DNA of 63,976 nt, filler included, from Ministeria vibrans ATCC 50519 (taxonomy: Eukaryota > Protista > Filasterea), in NCBI GenBank assembly GCA_943704425.1. It is 10 parts of 10 records of this genome, joined end to end, with 100 filler letters (N's around TTAATTAATTAA, not from the genome) between each part and the next. Parts side by side here need not be neighbours in the genome. Positions count along the whole stretch, not along the records: positions 12,940 to 35,696 come from CALSCP010000985.1; positions 35,797 to 38,280 come from CALSCP010000144.1; positions 38,381 to 40,651 come from CALSCP010000040.1; positions 40,752 to 43,367 come from CALSCP010000080.1; positions 43,468 to 50,276 come from CALSCP010001645.1; 5 more parts are not named here. The stretch is one strand, 5' to 3'. The first letter of the stretch is position 1. Every line of letters begins with the position of its first letter. Below, in pieces: positions 33,349 through 44,329 of the stretch. The notes under the pieces are model-generated. The model made no database searches, had not been told where the DNA came from, and was given only the letters and a program-made list of their open reading frames with translations. The position numbers and the translations under genes were made by a program.

Positions 33349-35610
33349 ATGGACAGTCACGGTGGCGCATCAACGTCCTCGCCTGTGGTCACGACGGGCG
33401 CCGCAGCCGCCGCCGTTGCGTCCATGCACGATGCAGTTGCGTTGCAGCCCGGAACCGCCCTTGCCTCTCTCGCCCGCTCCTTTTCGCCCCCCGCCACGCC
33501 CGAATCCATCACACTTGCCTATGAGCGCTTCATCGACGTAACCACTCTCCCCCTTGCACTATTATTACTATTAAACTTTCTTCGTATACAAAAAATATTT
33601 TTCTAACGTGTTGTCTTTTCCTCTTCTCACTCAGTGGACCGAGACTGTCTTGGACAAGTTCCGCGGCGATATTGAGCAGCTGCTGTGGCCCGTCTTCTTC
33701 CATTCGTACGTGGCGCTGGTCGACCTCAACGACGAGGAGAGGGCCATCGACTTTCTCAGCACCTTCCGCGGCCGTCACAACCTCGCTTTTGCCGCCGATA
33801 TTGACCGCCTGGCACGCGTCGCCCACGCCCCCGCGCTCGCCGCCGACGACCACGTCCAATTGCTCAAGAAAATGGCGTGGCGCGTGTCGCTGAGCGAGGG
33901 CGCCCTCGAGACGGTCGAGGCGTTTCTCGTCGACAACAAACTGCGCTTTCTTGCGCACATTCTCGACATGTACGTCAAGTTTCTCTTGCATCGTCCCAGC
34001 ACCGAGCAAAACAACAATGTCGAGTTGGCTGCGGAACAGATCAAGCAGCAGCGTCAGTCAGAACAAGCAATGCGCACCAATCAACAGCCAGTCCTGTGGG
34101 CTGTTCAACTCGAAGAACTTACTGTCGACCCTGAAGAAGAGGCGGCCGCTGCCGGTGGTGGTGTCCCTGAGCAGACAGGTCCCGGGCGCAAGCGCAAAAT
34201 CGACGAAGCTGCCATTGCCGAACGTATGTGAACCAAAAAAAAATTAATAATGATTAGTCCATGTTAAACAATTATTGTTGTTTTTGCTTCATGTTTGTTT
34301 TTAGGCGAAAAATTTGCGACTTACAGTAAAGTGAAGAATGTTAATGCACCTGCAGATGATCGAATCCCAACAATGAAATTGCCTTTTCTCGAGCGGCAGC
34401 GGCACATTCAAGTACCCATAAAAAGATAATAAAAAAGCAGCAACAATCATACTCACTTTGATTGTTGCAGGACCTTCGACAAGTGAAAGACCGAATGCGG
34501 CTGGATCGATCCAAACTACCATCCACATGCTTTTACACCTTTCTCAACGTAAACCACACAGTCAACGCGATCACAATGAACACGGGCAAGACGACAGCAG
34601 CGACAGCCATGGCGGACGGGCGAGTGCGTCTGTGGGCGCTCACGGGCACCGACGCACTCGTTCCCGTCAAGAACGGCCTTTCGATTCCTCGCCACTCGCG
34701 CGCCACTACTGAAGCTGATATTCATGATCAGAGCGCCGCCAAAAGCACCCAGGTACATGCGAAAACACAGAATGGAAAATATGTTCTCACACCTTGATGA
34801 TTGTTTCTGTGATAGACTCTGCTGGGTCACTGCGGCGCAGTGTACGATGCGGCGTTTAGCGTTGAAGGGCGGTTCTTGGTGTCGAGTGGCGAAGATCGCA
34901 CGTCTCGCTTGTGGAGCATGGACACGTTTACTAATGTGGCGGTGTTCCGTAGCCACAACACGGCTGTGTGGTGCAATGCGTTTAGTCCGCTTGGAATGTA
35001 CTTTGCGACGGGTGGGGTGGACCGCACTGCGCGACTGTGGAGTGTTGAGCATCCCTACCCACTGCGGGTGTGTGTTGGCCATACGGCAGATGTGGACTCG
35101 ATTGTGTTCCATCCCAATGGCAATTATTTTGCAACCGGTTCGAGCGACAACTCATGTCGCTTGTGGGACGTGCTCACAGGCGAGTGTGTACGTGTATTTG
35201 AAGGTGTACATCAGGCATCGGTGCTCTCGCTCGCTGTAAGTCCGTGTGGACGCTACTTGGCATCGGGTGCCGCGGACGCGTCGGTCGCTCTGTGGGACAT
35301 CAACGCAGGCACGCGCATTTCGTCCATGCTGGGCCATGATGCGCCCGTGTACTCGCTTGCGTTCAGCCGCGAGTCGTCCTTGCTCGTCTCGGGCAGCGGT
35401 GACTGCACAGTGCGCATGTGGGATGTTATTGGCAGTGCAGAACAAATGGACGAGCACGGCACAGGCGCCCCACCCGTCCTTGTTGGTGAGATGGGCCGCC
35501 GTGAGACGCCCAACCTCGTCGGCACGTATCACACCAAGGCGACGCCCGTCCACTACACCGACTTTACCAACCTCAATCTGCTCATGGCTGCCGGTCCCTT
35601 TTCCCCTTAA
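33349..35610 (+). CDS. TAF5: TFIID subunit TAF5 (NTD2 + WD40), multi-exon
   Basis: NTD2 YERFID|WTETVLDKFRGDIEQLLWPVFFHSYVALV, LPSTCFYTF, WD40 repeats (FHPNGNYFATGSSD) and C-terminal YHTKATPV...NLLMAAGPF. Confidence 0.9.
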
Positions 35611-35885
35611 TCAGACAAAGAGTGTGTGCAAAGAGAGAGGGAGAGGCTCCCTTTTCCCCTTAACCAGACAAAGAGTGTGTGCAAAAGAGAGAGGGANNNN
35701 NNNNNNNNNNNNNNNNNNNNNNNNNNNNNNNNNNNNNNNNTTAATTAATTAANNNNNNNNNNNNNNNNNNNNNNNNNNNNNNNNNNNNNNNNNNNNAAGA
35801 AAAAAAAAAAAAAAAAAAAAAAAAACATAATTATTGTCTGTTTTCCAAGACTAAAACTAGAGGTACAATTCCGTGTTTGATGCAG

Positions 35886-37273
35886 GATCAAGTATGTTTG
35901 GACGAGGATGGGACACTGAAGGTGCCATTGGATGCTATCAACCCGTTTCTTCAATGTGGCATCTGTAAAGGGTAAGATTGAACGCGCATGGTCACAGCCA
36001 GTTGAAATTTGAATTGTGCCTGCGTGGTTTTTTTTTTGTGATTGCATTCAGATACCTTGTGGCGCCTGTTGTCATTTCGGATTGCCAACATCGATTTTGC
36101 AAAGCGTGCTTCTTGCGGGCCACAATGAAGGAGTATTCTGAAGACAAGAAGAAGACGTGCCAGACGTGCCACGAGGAGCTGAAACATCAGAACGACGAGA
36201 TGGAGAGTGTACACCGAGATGAAATATTGGAGAGTCTCATGCGTCTGCTGGTGCCCTGGGTGGCGGCAGAGGAGCTTGCACGATGCACCGAGTATGCTCG
36301 AATTCATGGTTTAGCCAGCATTCCGAAGAATATGCAACTGGAAGCGTCACATCAATTGATGCTGCAGGAGGGCGAGGGTCCGGGGCGTGAAGAAGCGACG
36401 AGAAGGACGGGAGAAGGACATGAAACAGCGGAAGAAGAGGTGGAAGCAACTGCGGATGCGGAGGTGGAACGTGAGACGACTGTGTGCGCGGAGGAGGATG
36501 GAGGGGGCGCAGAAGCACAGACAAAGTTTGATGGAACATTGGCGGACCCAAGGGCAAATGTGGAGGCGGGTTTGTTGAATGGATCACATAAAGAGGAAAC
36601 CGTCCGCGAGGAGGGATGCGAGGAGAAGAGACGGCTGCAGGGAGTGTTTGTAGGAGAACAATCGAAGGAAGCGGCGAAGGAAGTTGATGGCGGGATCGAC
36701 GGGTATGATGGAAATGTACAAATGGATGTGAAAGAGGCAGAGACGGTTGGGTGTCCTGTCAAAAAAGAGTTCTCGGGCGATCAAGACAGCGACGATGACG
36801 ACGATGATGATTTGGTGCAGGTGCGTCTGGTCCCGGACACTGGTACGCATACATTGTATGATTCTCTTTTTTTTCTTTTCTTATTCTTCTCTTTCTCGTG
36901 TGTGCAATATTAGTGCACGGTGCTAATTTACCGGCTTTGCGCGAGGACATTATGTTTGTAAGAGGCTTTTTATAAAAAAAACCTACACTAACACCTTGTC
37001 TTTATTCGTACTTGTCCAGATGGAACCGTCTGTACCAGCACAGAAGATATCGAAAATGGCGACGCGCAAGCTGCGCAGCGAGCGACGGGTTGTGTTGTGG
37101 CTCAAGGGACGCACAGTGGACCCACACGAGACACTCCGGTCGCTTGCCTTTGATGGTGCCGTAAGTCTCACATTGTTTCCCTCGAACCATTTGATCATTT
37201 GCTCACTCGCGTGTGTATTTTTTCTTCTTCTTCTTTTCCGGTCCGCTAGGTCGACTTGACATATGGATTGTAA
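35886..37273 (+). CDS. PCGF/BMI1-like protein (C3HC4 RING, acidic linker, probable RAWUL domain), 5'-partial
   Basis: KVPLDAINPFLQCGICKG|YLVAPVVISDCQHRFCKAC...CQTC...RDEILESLMRLLVP parallels the PCGF RING region. The C-terminal segment (LVQVRLVP...KKL-like, VVLWLKGRTVDPHETL...VDLTY) fits a ubiquitin-like RAWUL fold. Confidence 0.7.
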
Positions 37274-37382
37274 TAATTATGCCAAAATTTAGTGTAAAAA
37301 AAGTAGCAATCATTTTCTTAATCTTGAATCTTTCAGCCTGGTATTTATTCTTTTTTTTTCTGGTGTGGTCCTACGCACCGAC

Positions 37383-37951
37383 TCAGAGCTTTGAGCGCAT
37401 GAGCTCAAAATGGTGGAAGGTGGAGCCATCGGCGGCAGCAATGAAGTCGATGGTGAGCTTGTCGGGGGAGACGTCCATGTTAGCGTAGCCATGAGTATGG
37501 TCGTCGACAAACTCGAAGATGGCCGGCTGGGGCTTCTGAATGTTGGTGCTGCTGCCCGCGCCGGCATGACCCACAACAAGGTAAACGGGGGCAGCGTATT
37601 CGCCGGGCGCCGACGGGGTCACACACTGATTCTTGTGAACGGGGCAGGTTCGCTGGGCCGAGTGGTGGTGGCCAAAGATACCCAGGTCAACCTTGGTCTC
37701 GAGGAACAGGTCCGAGTAGGTGTCCTGCAGCTGTACGGCCACGGGTTGATCCCCCGCCGGCTTGTCAAAGTTTGTACTGCTGATGTACATGGGGCGGTGG
37801 CCGCTCACGATGAGCCAGGGCGTCACGGAACGGTCGACGGCGCGCAGGTCCTTCTCGATGAACGAGTACTGAGCTGAGCCCGGAAGGAAATCGTGCTCCG
37901 TTGAGAACATCAGCAGATGGATCGAGCCATAGTTGACGGAGTACCATGGTT
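37383..37951 (-). CDS. Purple acid phosphatase (calcineurin-like metallophosphoesterase), last exon
   Basis: WYSVNYGSIH...STEHDF...DRSVTPWLIVSGHRPMY, FGHHHSAQRTCPV, PVYLVVGHAG. Confidence 0.88.
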
Positions 37952-38133
37952 CTAAAATATAGATAGAGAGAAAGAAACAAAAAAGAACAAAGTGACAAAG
38001 AGAGAAAAAAAAATAACGAAGTGATAGAGTTTGAGAGAGAGGTTAAAAGAGAGTTTGAGAGAGAGGTTAAGAGAGAGTTTGAGAGAGAGTTTGAGAGAGA
38101 GAGACAGAGAGAGACAGACAGACAGAGAGAGAC

Positions 38134-38280
<147 letters not shown>

Positions 38281-38380
38281 NNNNNNNNNNNNNNNNNNNN
38301 NNNNNNNNNNNNNNNNNNNNNNNNTTAATTAATTAANNNNNNNNNNNNNNNNNNNNNNNNNNNNNNNNNNNNNNNNNNNN

Positions 38381-38418
<38 letters not shown>

Positions 38419-38458
38419 ATCAGGAAAAGAGGTTGAATAAAGCGTCTTTAAAGAGGAC

Positions 38459-39100
38459 CTTCCATTGTCATTGATTCCAGGACCTACAGAAGCAACATGC
38501 AAAAAAAGCAATAATGTTGGATTAAAATTCTTATTATAATATAATAACGTACCAGCGGGAACAGAATCGAGGTGGGCAGCAATGACAATTGCATTGGAGG
38601 GGATTCCGTCGGTGGTCTGTGCGACAATGTCAAACGTGTCGTAGTGGTTGAACTCAGTGGAGGCCGTGAGTGAGAACATGGTGCTGTTCTGCGTGGCCAG
38701 TTGCTGCAGTTGCATAGCCACGTCGGATGTGACTGAGAGCACTGCTGGGTTCACAACAGATCCATTTTGTGCACTGAGAAGCAGAGTACGTTTATCATTG
38801 AATTCTACCAGCGTGCATGAGGTTGTTGCTTACATGATTGAGCCAGCAATGAGCGAGTTTTCGGCTGGATCGTAGATGATGGTGGCGGACGCACCCAATT
38901 GCTGTGCGACAATACTAAGAGCAATATGGTTGTCAGAATGCGCAGCTTTGACTGTTTATGTGTGTGTATGTGTTTGTGCGTGCTTACCCTTTGTCGTGGA
39001 AAGAACAGTCACCGCGCGCCACAAGCGCAATCGAATTCGCCAAAGACACACCTGGAGAGGAATACGGGTGTGAGAGACGTTTCGTTTGAAGTGCCCTTGC

Positions 39101-39131
<31 letters not shown>

Positions 39132-39887
39132 TGTACCGGTGTAGTCGGCTGCTGAGCAACCGAGCTCACTGCCTGACGGCACTTTGATGGCCTGGTTCGT
39201 CAGTGTTGCCGCACCGCTGTTGCGGATGAGAGCCCAATCAACATTGAGCGTGTACGTGAGTGACTCGGGCGCAGTCTTAATGTCAAAATAAATAATTAAT
39301 GAGGGACAGGCTGTGGGACAAGTGAGAGGCGCTTACTTGCGCAAAGACGTTCTTGCTCTCATCTTGGCTCCACAGCTCCATGGCAAAGGGCACAGTCTTC
39401 ACATTAATGGAAACCCCATTGTACGGTGCAAGTTGTTGCATCACGTACTCGGCCGAGGCGTTGTAGCCGAGATACACAGCGCGGGAGCTACGTGCAATTT
39501 ATTATGATTGTGATATTGATCATGAGTTGGAAAAAAAAAAAAGGAAACGATTAAGCGGCGCGTACCCTTCGTGCTCGGTTGCAATTTGCATAAGAGCCGA
39601 GAGATGTTGATCGATGGCACTAACTTTGACTTGTTGCGCGAGCGGAGTGTTCTTCGGCGAAGTGTCATTTTGATGTTTCAGCACTGGCAACGTGATTGCG
39701 AGAACAATGACAGCCACAAGCACTAGACCAACGGTAAGGTAAAGAGCGCGTCGACGAGACCTGTAGACTTTGACATGGCCCGTGCCTGTGCCTGTTCAGC
39801 GTATGTGGGGTGTCAGAGACAATACAAACGAATAGTGCATGACTGAAGAATACCTCCGGCAAGGGGCGCTCGCTCATCGTTAAACAT
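38459..39887 (-). CDS. M28 aminopeptidase with PA domain and N-terminal signal-anchor, 3'-partial
   Basis: MFNDERAPLAG then a TM segment (LYLTVGLVLVAVIVLAITLPVL), GYNASAEYV, PA domain (LVARGDCSFHDK), IVIAAHLDSVPA|GPGINDNG. Confidence 0.88.
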
Positions 39888-40091
39888 CTTGAAGTGTGTT
39901 AACAAGTATCGATGGGCAAAAGCAGCAGTAAGTGTGTTGGTTTGGTTGAGTCGTTTTCCTCTTTGTTGATCAAAAATATTTTTTTAATAATCGTCTACAC
40001 TAGGCAATAGAGATATGTTCCGTGTAAACAACACACGGGTAGCAGTGTGTACTACTGGGGTATTGGCTAGAAATACAATAAAAAGATGAAT

Positions 40092-40150
40092 CATTTTAAA
40101 ATAGGAATAAATATGACTTTGCAGCATAAATCTTCAAGTGTGGGGTAACG
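40092..40150 (+). promoter_or_regulatory. Conserved upstream/leader element of the permuted tRNA genes (AT-rich, TATA-like TAAATA and CATAAAT); second copy at 40502-40560
   Basis: cattttaaaatag..ataaatatgactttgcagcataaat..caagtgtggggtaacg precedes both copies with only a few substitutions, while sequence further upstream differs. Confidence 0.55.
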
Positions 40151-40250
40151 CCGCGAAGGTCCTCAGTTCGATCCTGGGCGGAAACATGGTAGTGGTTCTT
40201 CCACCGTCCTCTGTTTCCGTGGTGTAGTTGGTTATCACATCGTGTTAACA
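40151..40250 (+). tRNA. tRNA-Val(AAC): Circularly permuted tRNA-Val(AAC): 3' half (nt 38-73) at 40151-40186, 26-nt spacer, 5' half (nt 1-37) at 40213-40250
   Basis: Rejoined halves fold into a cloverleaf: acceptor GTTTCCG/CGGAAAC, D-stem GTG/CAC, anticodon stem TCGTG/CGCGA with loop TT-AAC-A|C, variable loop AGGTC, T-arm CTCAG-TTCGATC-CTGGG, discriminator A. Confidence 0.9.
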
Positions 40251-40264
40251 CGGTTTTCCCTCGC

Positions 40265-40273
40265 TTTTTTTTT
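40265..40273 (+). terminator. RNA polymerase III terminator (T9) after the first permuted tRNA unit
   Basis: T-run 14 nt after the 5' half, with a T4 at 40254-40257 and further T-runs downstream. Confidence 0.7.
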
Positions 40274-40560
40274 GCATTCATTCACAACAACTCTAACTCT
40301 CTTGGCTCTTTTTCTTCTTTTTTTCTTCTTTTTTTCTTCTTTTTCCTTTTCTTCTTTTTTTTTTCTTCTAAAATCAGACAACTCATTCTTTTATATCTTC
40401 ACTTCTCATAAATCTTAGCTAAATGAGCTAATCTAGCTAATATTCAGCTTGGGAGTCTACTTCCATCGCTTTAGTTTTGTGTAAATAGTGCCTACGCTGC
40501 CCATTTTAAAATAGACATAAATATGACTTTGCAGCATAAATTTCCAAGTGTGGGGTAACG

Positions 40561-40651
40561 CCGCGAAGGTCCTCAGTTCGATCCTGGGCGGAAACATGGT
40601 AGTGGTTCTTCCACCGTCCTCTGTTTCCGTGGTGTAGTTGGTTATCACATC
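40561..40651 (+). tRNA. tRNA-Val: Second permuted tRNA-Val copy (3' half 40561-40596; 5' half from 40623, cut by the contig end before the anticodon)
   Basis: Identical to the first copy over all 91 available nucleotides, offset by 410 bp. Confidence 0.82.
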
Positions 40652-40810
40652 NNNNNNNNNNNNNNNNNNNNNNNNNNNNNNNNNNNNNNNNNNNNTTAAT
40701 TAATTAANNNNNNNNNNNNNNNNNNNNNNNNNNNNNNNNNNNNNNNNNNNNGGAGTGAGATAAAGAGTTCAAGAGTTCAAGAGTTCAAGAGTTCAAGAGT
40801 TCAAGAGTTC

Positions 40811-40878
<68 letters not shown>

Positions 40879-40969
40879 GTGTGTGTGTGTTTGTTTGTGT
40901 GTTTGTTTGTGTGCGTGGGAGGGTGTGGGTGTGTGTAAGCTTATTCTCTTGAGAGAGGTTATTCCTTAC

Positions 40970-43061
<2,092 letters not shown>

Positions 43062-43467
43062 GTTTCCCAACAGCCTTTGTTCACTGTCGGAACACTGTCG
43101 TTCCAATGCAGAAGGTAGAAAATTGAATATTTAAGAAACATTTATTTTCATATCAATCACAGACGAACACTTTTAAAAACACAAACAGCTCAGAGGCATT
43201 TTCTAAGCTACTGGAGCGTCGAGAGGGAGCGGAAACTGGTTGGCTGTTGACCAGACTTGTGACGCGATAGGCACCACATACATCGTATCCCTGGGAGGGA
43301 CATAAGGTTCTGATAGCACAAAGGCTGGCACTGGGTGAGAGGAGCACCGTCAGGGGAGGGAGGGGGGNNNNNNNNNNNNNNNNNNNNNNNNNNNNNNNNN
43401 NNNNNNNNNNNTTAATTAATTAANNNNNNNNNNNNNNNNNNNNNNNNNNNNNNNNNNNNNNNNNNNN

Positions 43468-44329
43468 CTCGTCGGCGCGTTGCTTTTCCTCGTCGGCGCG
43501 TTGCGCGCGCAACTCGAGTTTGACCATCTCTACAAAAGATGGGTTGCGTTTTGTCTCTTGGTCGCGAACAACTCTTACTCTGCTTCATTTCTTCTGATGC
43601 ATTGGGCCACTCCGCGTCTACCTCTTCGCGAATATCCTGCTCATCTCGAAGCCTCTTTTTGCTTTCCATATCGATGTACTCACAGAGTTTTCGCTAAAGC
43701 AAAAAAAAAAAAGACACTGAAAATTCAAAAAAGACAGAAGAAGAAGCAAAAAAAAAGTCATGCAATCGGGCTCGCACATTAGCAATGCAATGAGAAGCAT
43801 GCGACGTTCGTTATCTCACCTGAAGAGAATGGAGCGAAGAAAAAAGTACAATGAATAATCTGGAATTCTGGATTCTGGAATCTGGATAGAGAATGGTAAT
43901 TCGAAATTTTTTCGAATTGTTCGATCGAATATTCGGGGCAAATCGCAGACTTCACCCTTTCAAATTTTCGACTCAAAACTTTTCTTGCACATCTCTGTAG
44001 AAAATCTCAAATTTACCCTGGGACACCCTGGACACCCTTGACATGTCCTCTTTTTCGGCTTTTCTCACCACCGCACCTGGGTACCTAGATAGTAGCATGT
44101 CGTCCTGAGTTGTACTCGCAATGCCGTCTCAATTGGACTCTCTACCTCGGCGTGGCGTTTGAAAACGAAAACAGAAAATGCCACGTCACCCTGGACACCC
44201 TGGACACGATAGAAAAAACGGCCTAGCGATTGTAAAATGCGCTGGGGGAGGGGCCTATATTGTTCAAACACAATAACACATAAGGTAGCAGCGTAGGGAC
44301 AGTGGTTTCTACTGTAATGTCACGAAATA
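43468..44329 (-). mobile_element. Left copy of an unclassified repeat element (about 860 bp visible), inverted relative to 49414-50276; carries the start of a spliced heptad-repeat gene (ATG at 43669)
   Basis: Near-identical reverse complement of 49414-50276, with about five differences seen. Sharp inner boundary at a TA dinucleotide. Confidence 0.7.

Noticed and set aside
40213-40596. A conventional tRNA-Val with a 310-nt intron (5' half of unit 1 joined to 3' half of unit 2)
   Set aside because: The supposed intron contains T9 and many other T-runs that terminate Pol III. The first 3' half at 40151 has no 5' half upstream, and the conserved upstream block precedes the 3' halves, defining the unit as 3' half then 5' half.
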